Source: Rhynchobatus australiae
Taxonomy: Eukaryota
Direction of reading: 5' to 3'
Length of the DNA stretch: 64,000 bases
Assembly (NCBI GenBank): GCA_034780895.1
Contig: JAUZTB010000098.1
Span: 72,718,014 to 72,782,013, forward strand
Shown here: one piece after another, positions 1-12,738 of the stretch
How positions within the stretch are numbered: position 1 is the stretch's first letter
How the letters are laid out: every line of letters starts with the position of its first letter
Program-made: the position numbers and the translations under genes
The notes under the pieces: model-generated
Database searches by the model: none
Seen by the model: the letters and a program-made list of their open reading frames with translations, nothing else
What the model was told of the DNA's origin: nothing

Positions 1-331
1 ATAACACCACACATTGTAAAATTAAAAAAAATTAAGCACAAGCAACTACTTTGTTGTATATTTTATCATCTGTACAGTTCCAAACAAGAAATCTGAAAGG
101 CACAATTGTTTATACAACATATACAAAAATGGCTGGACTGGACAAGGAACAAAAAAGACGTCTTTCTCCTAAGTTGGTCTTAGTTTACAATTGCACAAAC
201 ATCATATCTACATCAAAAAGTGTGCTTTTGGGTGAAGAGAGCTTTCGTAGTAAGAAACCAGGAAGTGTGTTCATCTTTTCCATAAAAAAAAAGGATGTGA
301 TATCTGCACAAAAAAGATTCTGCAAAAAAGT
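1..331 (-). other. HIVEP1: HIVEP1 3' UTR (partial, continues past window start)
   Basis: Directly downstream of the TAA stop at 334-332; U-rich on the minus strand; no AATAAA seen on the minus strand in this stretch. Confidence 0.8.
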
Positions 332-1489
332 TTATGTTGCTATCACTAATCTGTCTTCATCATCACTGCTGACGTCACTGTACTGTACAGTATCTCGTGC
401 AGTGCCCACTGGCTTCCCTATTACTTTTTCTGAAGTAGCAGTCTGATGAACCGGAGACTTGGTCACCTCTTCAGAGCTTCCCTTTGAGTGTCCCAAGTCA
501 GAGTTTACCAAGGCTACAGCAGTTGATTTGTTATTGTGTGTCTTGAGATGCATTGTTTTATGAGCACATTCTTGTGCTTTGCCAGTGTTATTTGGTTGTC
601 CATGTTTCCAGCCCATAGGATCTGACAAGAACTTTAGGCTACAAGCCTGGATTTGAGGAGAAACCTGAGAGAATTGTGTGCAGGCCATCTGATGAACGGA
701 AACTTCAACCGGAAGGCTAACTGGTGTTTGTTTGGTGCTGGTTGGAAAATCCTTTCTTGTAGAGTGCTTCTTGATGCTTGTTTGACCTTCTATCCCCATG
801 TTGACGGATGGTACAAGCGCAGGCAGTGCAATGTTCATTATTTGCACCCCTGGAACATGGGATTTTAGTCCTGGTGTACTCTGAGTCTGTGGGTTTGTGG
901 TTAACACATGAAGGTCGACTGTGTTAAATGAAAGGCTTGGAGGGAGCAACTGCGGACCTGTACTCAAATTCACCAAATCCAAAGGGTTTAATGTCTCTAC
1001 ACCCAAAGTGTTAACCACTTGGAAATCTGAAGTGCTTGTACTCTGCATGCTAGTTGAGCTTACTTGTCCGAAGGGAATAGATGGCAAAAACTTATCTGCC
1101 TCTGATACACTCAATGACTTTGCATTGCCAGATGCATCAGCACCATCTTGACTGACAGATGTCTGGTGAATAACACTAACAGCTGGGATGGTGAGTTGCA
1201 CTGGTCCTGCCTGGATTGGTACAAATGTGGAATACGCAGGCAAACCAGCGGGAACCAACTGGATGCCACCCACAGGGACCATGCTGTATGGAGTCTTAAC
1301 CTGTTGCTGAGAATGAAGGGGCAAGTGGCTAAATAGATGTAATGGATACTCCTCACTCAGCACTCCTTGATGGTCCAGCTGTTGCCTCTGCTGCTGACTG
1401 TCTAACTTGTATGGACTACTAATGGGAGAATAGGATGCAAATTGCCTTTCCTGGGACATCTGTGTGGGAAGGCTGATTGATGAAGGAAT
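332..1489 (-). CDS. HIVEP1: HIVEP1 last coding exon (C-terminal region)
   Basis: Acceptor tttgtttgcAG at 1491-1490, phase 0, 386 codons to TAA. Encodes HLFSHLPLHSQQQ..PYSMVPVGGIQLVPAG and ends YSDVSSDDEDRLVIAT, the C-terminus of HIVEP1 rather than HIVEP2/3. Confidence 0.95.
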   Translation of the reverse strand: MPSSISLPTQMSQERQFASYSPISSPYKLDSQQQRQQLDHQGVLSEEYPLHLFSHLPLHSQQQVKTPYSMVPVGGIQLVPAGLPAYSTFVPIQAGPVQLTIPAVSVIHQTSVSQDGADASGNAKSLSVSEADKFLPSIPFGQVSSTSMQSTSTSDFQVVNTLGVETLNPLDLVNLSTGPQLLPPSLSFNTVDLHVLTTNPQTQSTPGLKSHVPGVQIMNIALPALVPSVNMGIEGQTSIKKHSTRKDFPTSTKQTPVSLPVEVSVHQMACTQFSQVSPQIQACSLKFLSDPMGWKHGQPNNTGKAQECAHKTMHLKTHNNKSTAVALVNSDLGHSKGSSEEVTKSPVHQTATSEKVIGKPVGTARDTVQYSDVSSDDEDRLVIAT

Positions 1490-1839
1490 CTGCAAACAAA
1501 TATAAACAAAGCAACATGTTAGGATTTTTAAAAGTCAGTAAAAAGTGGAAAAACTGCAATTGGTAATGTCCGATACTAAACCACTATTTTTTCAGTATGC
1601 CATAACTTATTTACACAAAAGTCAATCACCAGTCTAGTTTGATGAGGTGTCATAAAAATAGCCATCAAAATAAATTTGCCCATAATGGATATTAGAAGTC
1701 CAATGTTAATTATTGACAAAGATTTATGAAGGCTGTAGTATATAAAGTGTATGACACTGATTTTACAAATCATAAAGGTTTCAAGACTTGATCTGCACAC
1801 TTTGAAAATTGTCCTAAGAAGTCAGTGCTAAAAAAGTTC

Positions 1840-2450
1840 AAAGGAACCTTGGTGTGATTGTACATCAGTCAGTGAAGGCCAAACCTGCAGGTTTAGCAGG
1901 TGATTAAGAGGGCAAATAGTATGTTAGCCTTATAATGAATGAGTTTGATTACAGAAGTAAGGAAGTCTTATTGCAATTGCATTGGCCCCAGTGAGACTGC
2001 ATCTGGAGTACTGTGTACCGTTTAGGTGTCCTTGTCCAAGAAAGGAAATATTTACCATAGAGGGAGTGCAGTTTATTCAGCAGACTGGTTCCAGGGATGG
2101 TGGGTTTGTCATATGAGGAGAGATTGAGTAGATTGGGACTAAATTCTCCAGAGTTTAAAACAAGGAGTGAAGATCTCATCAAAACTTACAAAATCGCTGA
2201 AGGGCTTAACAGGCTGGACGCAGGGAGGATCTGTCACCTGACTGAGGAGTCCAGAACTTGGGTCACAATTAGAAAATAAGGGGCAAGCCATTTAGAATTC
2301 AGATGAGAAAGACTGCTCCACTCAGAGGGTAGTGAACCTTTACATCTTCAATCTCAAAGGACTATGCAAGTTCATTTACTGAGTTCATTCAAAACAGAGA
2401 TCAATAGATTTCTAGACATGAAGGGATATGGGGAAAGTGCTGGAAAGTGG
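1840..2450 (+). mobile_element. CR1-clade LINE, decayed 3' part of RT ORF2
   Basis: GLSYEERLSRLGL..EDLIKTYKI..GLNRLDAGRI, LHLEYCV-like segment and ACTCAGAGGGTAGTGAA, all typical of the CR1 3' end. Confidence 0.85.
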
Positions 2451-3584
2451 GAAAGATCTTGAAACTAATTTTCCCCCAGTCTTTGATGTGGAGGGAGTAT
2501 ATTCCTATCGTTGTCCCTTGAGCTACATAAAGGAAGTGAAGAAGAGTGAGTCCAGGGTCCTGATGCTTGATCTGCCCAGACCCAGATGAACAGTGTATTC
2601 TTCCAGATATTGAACGACAGTGTAACTAGATTTTGGTGCGACAGCTAATTTGCACTCAAATTGAACAAATGCGAGCATTTGGGGGAAGTGCTACAGACTA
2701 GCTGGAATGTACAGCTGGCCTCGAGAATCTTGTGTATTAGTGCACCTAGGTCCCTTTGAATAGCAACATTTGTTTAGCGTAAACTTATTTAGGTGTGCGT
2801 ATCGAATCTTGCAACTTTTTACGGTGTACAACATCAGTGTTCATTTGGGAAGGGTGGGGAAATTAATAGACTGAGGGATTTAAATTTCCAAGCTCTTTCA
2901 TTATGTAGAAGATAGATTAACGAATAAATCATAATTTATTGTCTAAAGTGGCTCCAAGGATCAACTACAGGGTCAGACACAAGCTGGACATATGGACGCC
3001 AGATTATGAGCACAAGGCTGATTCTATCCTTGTGATACCATGAGTATGTGGATTCTATGAGGTTGAATGTAAGGGTGCGATATAATGAACTGAATAGTAA
3101 ATGGGTCCAACTTGCAGTTGGGTAATTCTTATTCTCACTAATATTGTACAAAAATGGCATGGGGAATAGCCAGCTTAATACCAAAACTTGTTTAAAGCTA
3201 TCTTCCTGTTGGCGGTTGGAGGGCATATGATTTTGTGGTTCCATCCTGAAAATGAATTGGGATCCCCATCTGTACTATTGATGTCACAGAGCAGGGCTTT
3301 TGTGCCAATATTGATGTGAGTGAGTTCCTTATTCCCAATGGGTGGAAAAGTTCCTTTGAAAGATCTGACCATCCTCATATAATGGAAAGCAAAGGAGTTT
3401 CTGCAAAGCAAGCAAAGTACAGACACTATACTAGGAAGGATAACGTGAAGGACAAATGCTGATAAAGGAGTGGGGAAGGGAGTGAGGCGCTGAGGTAACA
3501 ATGGATTATGTTTTAAAAGTCATTGGAGTGAAGAATTAAATCAACAGGGTAATATATTGGGAAAGCAACAAATGAACCATAGTC

Positions 3585-3820
3585 ATATCACATAGAAACA
3601 GGCTCTTCAACCCACCAGCTCGATGTTGACAACCAAGTATGCATCAATATTAAATTCCATTTACCAGCACATTGTCTGTTGCCTTTAATGCCTTGGTGAT
3701 TCAAGTCCTCATCTACCTACATCAAATGTTGTGATAAGTACCTGCCTCCACCACACACTGAGGCACTGCATTCCAGATTCCAATCACCTTCTGGGTTAAA
3801 AAGTTCTTCCTCAGATCACC
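3585..3820 (-). mobile_element. CR1-type 3' tail fragment
   Basis: catagaaacaggctcttcaaccc...cctgcctccaccac...aaaaagttcttcctcagatc resembles the other CR1 tails in this window. Confidence 0.65.
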
Positions 3821-5938
3821 TAGGCTAATTACTAGGGTAATTAACCTAGATGATCTGAGGAAGCACTTCAGTAAATTCTCAAAGAGAAACAATTTTAGAT
3901 ATGTAACTGATGAGCAGTACAGTGGGAAAAGTGTCTTGATATAATTAGTTAGGTGCAGTGAGTGGCTGAACTATGCGCATTATGAATACTTCAGATCCAG
4001 AGTGATTTATGTGACCTAAACCAGATTAGGGGAGTTCGAAAATGATCTGGTTTTCTGTTCCACATTTAGGCCTTTTCATGCTTTCAGTCTAGCATCAGGA
4101 GCATTCCTTGCTGACCCTTGGTGACTGTGGAAACAACATATATGTAGATGTTGGGCCAGTTCAAGGATTGAGCTTGGGCTAATTTGTAAATATAATTAAA
4201 TAGGTTGCTGACATTTACCATTATGACCAAGGTTGGTGTAGCAAACATGTACGGTGAGGTATTGAATGGGTGGCTGCTGCTTGCAGCACTATAGTCAGCT
4301 GTGATGGTCCAATGTGTTGAGTAGCTCACTGGCATCATTACACTAGTTCACAATTGAAAGATAACTTGTTTGGCAAAGATACTAGAATGAAAAAGTCACA
4401 AATGGAACCAATTCCCCAGAAAAGACCCTACATTTTTCAGAAGAGGGAAGAGAATTGTTCTTTAAAATAAAACTATCAAAAGCCAAAATGTCATTTTCCA
4501 TTTTAAATGTGCAGACTATAGAAGGGAAAATCTTAAACCTTTACAAAGTGGAAAAAGAAACAAATGAATGAGTCAGTACATGTGAGTGGACCAAACTGCT
4601 TGCTTCTGGCTATATATACCAGCTGTAACAATCCACAATAATTGTTCCCTCATAATCTATTCCACGATAAAGAACATTAAATGTTCTCTGAAAATCACAA
4701 AAAATGGAGATGCTGGAAATCTAAAATAAATTAGATGTTCTCTGTTTTCTCCTTGGACAAGTGAAAATAGCCTTACAGCACTAGTCTATGAAATGCCTGG
4801 CACACGGACTGTGGAGATCAAAACCCTTGGGTCCTTTTGAATTATTTGACCTTAGCCAAAACAATGATAGTGGAGAAGGAAGATAAAGAACACAAAAGCC
4901 AGATTGTCACTCTGTACACAACACACAAATTTGAGGTATTGTCTAGAATTTGGCATTCCCCACACATTCCCTAAAATTAAGCTACAATGATTTATGTATC
5001 CCCATGAAAGACCTTACTCATAATTCATTTAGGAGTGCAGATTCAATCCATTGAATCTCCTTACAATTATTGGGCCAAGAGAAGGGATTTAATATCCTGA
5101 AATTCTTTAGATATTAATCTTAATGCTCAAGTAACAATGACCAAGAAATAATTAAAACAAAAACAGCCACAACCCAAACACATGCACTGTGCATTACAGG
5201 GTTTATCAGATCATGCAATTCAAACCAAAAAGAATAGAAGTACAAATTTGTTTAACACGTCACCTTACTCCTGATTATTATCCAAACACTCAAAAGCAAA
5301 AACTGGATGCCTCTTTCCCTTGTACGATGTACACATTCTGATACCTCTTATTAGATAAATACTCACCATAATTATTTTAACTACACAAAAGGTGGGTCTA
5401 TTATGAATTTCATTTCACATTGAGTAACTAGATTTAAGTCAAAAACTGTACCATTATGTACAAATTCAGAGGGGCTGGTGACAGACAGGTCTGAAATTCA
5501 ACTGTAATTCTTCAGATCTGTAGTGACACTAGGGAGTAAATTTTATAAGGCAGTATAGGTAGTGATGTATTTCACCTGTATCAGTAGTTAATGGAAAGCT
5601 GTGCAATGTATTGTAATAATTTTGGAGAACACAGTTATTGCCTCATTCAGACACAGACTTAATGCTTAGCCAAGGAAAAGATAACTACAATTGTTTAAGT
5701 AGTGCTAAGATTCAGCTCTCTTAAAGCCTATGTGCAGCAGATCACATAAATATAAATCATGACTTTGATTATTTAATGATACTTTGATGGTATTGTAAAA
5801 ATATCAGATAAAATTCGGTTCGGCTTCAATGCAATTCTGCAGGAATTTAGGATATCACTCTTCTCACTGTAAAGTTTATATTTATGTCCTGGCTTTGGAT
5901 TAGAATACAAAAAAAATTATCCGTTGGAACACAGGTAC

Positions 5939-6438
5939 CTTTGAATCATCTGTGGTTTTCCTTCCAAGAGCTTCTTGCAGATGTCGGTTGTCAGCTGTTA
6001 CTTGGTGAGCAGCAGACCTTGGCCCAGCCTTAGACAGTGCTCCTCCAGCTGCACAGGATGTGGCTTTCTCCTCTTCAGTTACATGCCAATGGACCGGAGA
6101 GAACTTAGACTTTACTGGGTTGGTTTCAGTGTCTCTAGCATTTCGTGGAAGCCAAACACCAGCCAGTCCTTCAACATTATTGGTCTGTCCAAGACAGTCC
6201 TCTGCTGTCCTTACCACATTGGCAATTAGAGAGGCAGAGGCAGCATTCAGTGTGCCAAGCTGGTCATTTCTCTGTACGTTGTGCTGAGGGCTGGCTGCTA
6301 CTGAGGGAGTGGCTGACAGCCCTGCTTCCCCTTGACTGTCTTCATCATCATCATCGATTTCATAATCTTCCTCATCCTGACCATCAGAGTCTTCAGCATC
6401 AGAGCAGATGCACTCATTTCCACCTCTTGCTTTATCAC
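5939..6438 (-). CDS. HIVEP1: HIVEP1 penultimate exon (acidic tract of the C-terminal ZAS region)
   Basis: Acceptor ttgtttaacAG (6440-6439), donor AAG|gtacct (5938-5937). 500 nt = 2+498, matching both neighbours' phases. Translates DAEDSDGQDEEDYEIDDDDEDSQGEAGLSATPSVAASPQH. Confidence 0.92.
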
Positions 6439-7879
6439 CTGTTAAACAAATAAAACAGTGATAGGTAACAACTAAGCACTAAATAATTATTGCTGCACAA
6501 AGTGAAAATTTTTCACTGTAAATATCTGCAATACTTTTGAGAATGCAACCCTGGCTTTAAAGTAGGACAGAACTATAAAGCCAGGGCAAAAATATCCTGC
6601 AGATTATCAGGCATGTTCACTTATGAATTTGTCTCATAACGTTAGCCCCCAGGGAGCCACACATGTGGCATCAGTGCTGTTTTTAACGCTAATGAGTGAT
6701 CTGTACAAGAATGTAAAGGCTTGCACTGTTTTATAATTGTATATAGTTTGTCTTATATTGTGAATAAAGTTTATTTTGGAATAATAAAAAAAGTTTGCTT
6801 TCTTTAAAAGACAAGCAGGATTATTTTCTTGCCTTGATACTGTACATCTTTATGCAAACAATTACTGCAGAACAGTTCATTGAAAACCTACTTTACAACC
6901 AACCTAACTCCTGAAAGAAAATCATATCCACCCACATTAATTGTATTGCTTATGCCCCTTAGAGTTATATTGTTAAGATTCTTCGGTATTTCTGAAAATG
7001 TATCCTTTCTTGGGATATAAATATTGTTCGCAAGCTCAATATATAATGTCCATTCCTAGTTGTACTGGAAAGAGATAGAAAGCCATTTTCACATGCTGCT
7101 GAAGAGTGTACATAAAGGCTCTCCAACAAAGTGGTTGGACAGAGAATTCAAGAACTTTGAAGCAATACAGATAAAAGAATAACAAGACACCTCCAAGCCA
7201 TTATCTGTGAATTGGAGAAGAACTTAGAGACGATGGTGTCCCCATACCCTGCTGTCCTTGTTCTTGAGGTAGATGAAATCAAGGGATTGGAAGGCACGGT
7301 CAAAGAAACCTTGTCGAACTGTTATAGTGTATTCTGTAGGAAAGTTCCCTGACCAACTTCCCATCATAATGTTTGATCAAAGAAATGGGTGGCTCTATCC
7401 AGCACTGATAGTGTCTACATAAATATTTGGAATGCAAAAATCTGTAAACATATAAATTTTTCTATGTAAATAATCTTGCTATACTTGCATTCAAATCTAT
7501 ATGCATGATATAATTTGCTTTGGATTCTTTGGTTAGAGGTAAAGGGATGACATTCCCCTCAAGGAAAATTCCAAATACCTAAGCAGATTTCCCCCTTCCC
7601 AACATCAATTTGCTGTCCGGCGCCACCTAGAGGAAATCCATGGCATCCAGCCACAGTGNNNNNNNNNNNNNNNNNNNNNNNNNNNNNNNNNNNNNNNNNN
7701 NNNNNNNNNNNNNNNNNNNNNNNNNNNNNNNNNNNNNNNNNNNNNNNNNNNNNNNNNNACAGTGATGTCATCAACCTGTCTGAGCCGTCAATCAGGCAGA
7801 GTTCACTCAGCAAAAGTGTTCTTTCCACATATTACATTTTCACCTTCAAATAGTGAAATCACTTTCTCTTTCTCTTCCT

Positions 7880-9050
7880 TTCAGTGAATCCCTTTAGACT
7901 GAGGATGATTTACTTCTGCTCTGGTTCTAAGATGCTGATGAGGCCAGTGCAGGACAGGTGGATGGAAAGTGGCTGATGGGGAGGAGGGGGTGAATGCATA
8001 GTTTGGGAGGTGATGCACTACTTCCACCAACTGCACAGGGCTTCTGTAGTCTCCTGGCAAAAGGACTCACGGTTCCCCATGCTATCCTGGATGCTCCTCC
8101 ATTTCGAATGGTCTTGGGCCAGGGATTCCCAAAAGTTAGTGGACATTATACACTTTCTCAAGGAGGATTTGAGAACATCTCTGATTTTTTTTACTGTTCA
8201 TTTGGTAATCCATTGCCCGTTTCAGTAGCCTGGGGCTGATTTATGTGAATAACACAACTTGCCTATGAATGGACTGAGATAGATAGGGCTCAAAGTAAAG
8301 GATGTTGGCCTGAAAAAGGACACAAACATGAAGACTGATATCACTCTAGTACTTTGAGGTGCTTGCTATGGTTGTTCCAGGTCTCAGAAGAATCACTGCT
8401 CTCTAGTAGACTATGTGCTTTGTGAGGGGTTTGATATTTTGATCGTCAAACTCGCCTTGTCCTCAGAAGGCCAAAGGTGGTGCTAGTGCAGAGAAGGCAA
8501 CTGTAAATTTCACCTTCAAGGTCTGTTTTCACTGTGAAGTGACTTTCAAGATATATGAAGCAATCCATATTTTCCATGGTCTCACCATGAACTTTATTGT
8601 TGGAGTCATGTGTTGTACAAACAAGAGAATTCCAACAGAGGACTGATGCTTTGCAAGTGTTAAGTGCAAGGTCCATTCTTTTGTTTCTGAATTAGTCACT
8701 GATGACTTGAGGCTCAACTCTTGAATGCGCCCACATGCAAGGGTCATCTCTGTACGTCTGCTCCACTAATGAGGTTGAGGTGACCTTCATTTTGGAGTGG
8801 AAGAAGATTAGCTCAACTCCAGTGGGAAGCATGGTAAAAATGAGGGTGAGATTAAGAAGTGTTGGGATATTGATACAGTTTTACTGGACACCAGTCTGCT
8901 CTGAGATTAGGTCTGCTGTAGAATTATGGGTTAAGGTGACATTTTGCAGGCCATCATGAAGTTGATGAATTGCTGTGGGCAGTCAAATTTGAGAAAGGTA
9001 CTCCACAGTCCCTGTTAACTGATGTAGTCAAAGATTCACGGGAGGTCAAA
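7880..9050 (-). mobile_element. RTE-clade LINE, decayed RT and 3' ORF end
   Basis: Minus-strand translations FIYLESHFTVKTDLEGEIYSCLLCTSTTFGLLRTRRV (cf. FPYLGSHLS..DIDxEIQHRLQCASAAFGRL) and RDVLKSSLRKC..WESLAQDHSKWR. Confidence 0.75.
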
Positions 9051-10844
9051 AAAGTATGAAATAATGATGAATTACTGCAGATGCTAAAATACTATAAATA
9101 AAGTTAACAAAATAATCTTTTAAAATTCATGGAATTTTGAGTTATTCTGGAAAGTAGATTCTCCACAGATATATATTTACAGTGTTAGAAGTTTATCAGC
9201 ATTAATTATAAACTCAGTATGATCTGAAAAACTCAGTTACACCTCATTAAACAGGACACAGTATTATCAGTGGTTTTTAAAATCTCGAAACATTTTGAAC
9301 TACATGTTAAATGACTGAAACTGTGTCTAACACCACAGTGGAGACTGCAACAGTTGGGAAATTACCATCATCCTTGTTTAACTGCNNNNNNNNNNNNNNN
9401 NNNNNNNNNNNNNNNNNNNNNNNNNNNNNNNNNNNNNNNNNNNNNNNNNNNNNNNNNNNNNNNNNNNNNNNNNNNNNNNNNNNNNNNNNNNNNNNNNNNN
9501 NNNNNNNNNNNNNNNNNNNNNNNNNNNNNNNNNNNNNNNNNNNNNNTTTGAACTACATGTTAAATGACTGAAAGTGTGTCTAACACCACAGTGGAGACTG
9601 CAACATTTGGGAAATTACCATCATCCTTGTTTAACTGCTGATGCAGATACCACAGAGTAGTCAATTTGTGGATAAATATCACTACAACTGCAAATTTCAG
9701 ACAAGCACATGATATAGTGCCAAAATAATGGAATCCATGTTGGAAATCTGAAATATAAATAGAAATTGCGGCAGTTTTGGTAGGATCTGTGGAAGGTGAA
9801 AGAGTTTATGGACCATACCTGTAACAGCGGCTGCATCCTGGGTCATGCTGTTTATTTTACGGCCTTAACACGCTCAGCACACCAGCAGGGCTGTGTTGGC
9901 TCTGGCGGCCTGATGCATTCACAGAATGGCTTTGATAGCCAGAAAGGCCCCGTCCCCAGGCTCACTGGCTGTCAAAGCTGTCATTATCAGGGCCATTGAC
10001 CACTTCTGAATGTCCTTGACATTCCTGGTCCTTCAATAGCACTTAAAACATGGTTAAAAATTGAAGTATTCATAATTTTTACACTTAAAACTCACTCATG
10101 CTCTGAAAAAGAAAATAACTTAAATAAACAATAACAAAAAACAACTCAACTTGCCTTTCTCCATGCAGCTGAATTCTCAGCCCTTTATCACCCTCCACCT
10201 ATCACCTCTCAGCTTCTGACACTATTCCCACTCTCCCCCTCCCCATCTGCCTATCACCACCCCCACCCCCTCACCTGGAACCAAGGTATACTGAACATTA
10301 CCAATCACTGTGTTTGTGCCAGGTTTAACCCAGGGCGGGTTCACCTTAAGCTGGGAAGCCTATGAAAGTCTGTGCTGTCCAATTGGACTCCAAGAGAAAT
10401 CACTGGTGCAGCACTGGAGTAATTTTCTGTACATCTGAAAACTTGCTATATTGCTATTTTTTTCCAGTTCTGATAAAAGGTCTGAAAACTTAACTTACTT
10501 TCTCTTTTCACAGCTGCTGTACGATCTGCTGAGTACTTCTGTAATTTACATCTATATTACAGTGTCAGTATCCTTGTATTTGCAGGATCTGGTGAATAGG
10601 TGGTGCTGTGGAAAGGACTTCTAAAACCTCAGGCCCTTAAATTTCATCATGAGTCAACAATTGACTGCATCCAATTTATTCATATAAGTAGCGTGAAAAA
10701 GGCTACTTAGTAGAAGACAACGTCGCTTGATATTTCACTGAGTATGTCCCCAAAACAGAAGTGGTAATGTACGAAAACACAATTCAAAATTAGAAGACAG
10801 GAGATTGTGAGTAAAGAAAGGTCTGAAAATCCAATCCTAACATC

Positions 10845-11138
10845 TAAAGATATCTTTATTAGTCACATGTACATCGAAACACACAGTGAAATACATCTTT
10901 TGAGTAGAGTGTTCTGGAGGCAGCCCGCAAAGTGTCACTATGCTTTTGGCGCCAACATAGCATGCCCGCAACTTCCTAAACTGTATGTCTTTGGAATGCA
11001 AGAGGAAACCAGAGCACTTGGAGGAAACCCACACAGACACTGCGAGAACGTACAAACTCCCTACAGACAGTGGCTGGAATTGAACCCGCGTCGCTGGTGC
11101 TGTAATAGCATTACGCTAACCACTATACTACCATGCCT
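10845..11138 (-). mobile_element. tRNA-derived SINE
   Basis: Minus strand has an A-box-like TAGTATAGTGG and B-box GGGTTCAATTCC, the core GTGTGGGTTTCCTCC..TGCTCTGGTTTCCTC and tail TTTCGATGTACATGTGACTAATAAAG. Relatives at ~59915 and ~60885. Confidence 0.85.
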
Positions 11139-11629
11139 ACCGAGTCATTGTTTAACAACATTATGCAGAAAAATTGCAAGTGTTTAGGACAATGAAATAG
11201 TTAAGCACAAAACTGTCCAGCACTTAGAAAATCTAGTCATGGTTACTCTCTAAAACTGCAAAATCTCAGAACATCACAAATTAAGTCACAATGAAACATA
11301 CTTTAGAAACTTGCCAGTAACTTTCAGATAAGACTTAAGAGAATACTGATGTATCTAAGGTACTAAATTAAGTAATCTTGTCCACTAACAACAACCTTTT
11401 TTTTAATAACCTCTTTGTTAAATGCTATGTCAGGAAGTGGTATTGTAATTTATTGTGGAATGCTAGAGACACTGAGACTGCTTGGAATACAATGGGCTAA
11501 TTTTTTCAACCAGACAGTTAAAAAAGGACACAGACAAGTAGATCATCACAGATGGTATTAACCTTTCCTGTGCTGTAACTCTATATAAAGCTCTATGATG
11601 ATGACAGGGCAGGATTTGGCTCTCTGACA

Positions 11630-12075
11630 AAAATAGTGTTTAAAGATCAGGAGCTCAAACCTGGCACAAGTCCCATGGTCCACTGGACAGCAGTGGTCCC
11701 TCCCCTTCTGTATTCTTCTGAGTCATGAACTACCTACAGCAAGCAGCTCAAGGCACAGGAGAGACACCACCTTTGCTGTTTCTGCAAAATCCTCTATATC
11801 CATGGTAGGATAAGGAAACCAATGTCAATGTCCTCTCCCAGGCCAACAGTCTCATAACTTAAGCTCTAATTACACCATTCCCTCCAATGGGTAGGTCACA
11901 TAATTCACATACCATACACCTGACTCTCAAAACAGGCATTCCACTCTGAGCTCTGACAGGGCATAAGAATATCAGGTAGACAGAAGAAATGATTCAAATC
12001 CCCACCAGCTTCTGGGAACCCCTGGATGATGAAGGTGCCTTTGGGATAGCATTGAAAACTTCAAGTCCTTCAATG
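11630..12075 (+). mobile_element. RTE-clade LINE 3' region, left part (interrupted)
   Basis: VFKDQELKPGT..AVVPPLLYSSES*TTYSKQLKA-like segment of RTE ORF2. Confidence 0.7.
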
Positions 12076-12738
12076 AGAATTCAGAAGCACAGGAATGTAA
12101 GAAGCTGCAAAGAGTTGTGGACTCAGCCCAATACATCACGGGCACATCCGTCCCCACCATTAGTATAATCTATATGACATGTTAACATCTATCATCAAAG
12201 ATCCCCACCATCCGGGCCACGCCATCTTCTCGCAGCTACCATCGGGCAGGAGGTACAGAAGCCTGAGGTCCCACACCACCAGGTTCAAGAACAGCTACTT
12301 CCCTACAGCCATTCAGTTCTTGAACCAATCTGCACAACCCTAATCNNNNNNNNNNNNNNNNNNNNNNNNNNNNNNNNNNNNNNNNNNNNNNNNNNNNNNN
12401 NNNNNNNNNNNNNNNNNNNNNNNNNNNNNNNNNNNNNNNNNNNNNGCTACTTCCCTACAGCCATTCAGTTCTTGAACCAATCTGCACAACCCTAATCACA
12501 ACCTCAGTATAGCAATACTATGACCACTTCACACTACAATGGACTTTGTTTTGTTGTTCTAATTGTGTTCTTTCTTGTAAAAATTGTGCATAATTTATGT
12601 TTAATTTATGTTTTTCTTGTGAATGCTGTGTATCTGATGCTATGTGCCTGTGATGCTGCTGCAAGTAAGCTTTTCATTGCACCTGTGCATACGTGTACTT
12701 GTGCATATGACAATAAACTCAACTTTGACTTTGATTTT
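12076..12738 (+). mobile_element. Rex1/Babar-type LINE 3' fragment nested in RTE
   Basis: KKLQRVVDSAQYITG..IIKDPHHPGHAIFSQLPSGRRYRSL motif; ends aataaactcaactttgactttgatttt. Close relative of the copy at 28320-28920. Confidence 0.8.

Noticed and set aside
51-1336. Plus-strand ORFs antisense to the last exon
   Set aside because: Shadow ORFs with no recognisable motifs.
2936-3501. Two overlapping minus-strand ORFs with an acceptor-like ttgctttgcAG at 3402-3401, a possible extra exon
   Set aside because: The phase-0 frame hits TAA after 23 codons, there is no HIVEP similarity, and the flanking exons already join in phase.
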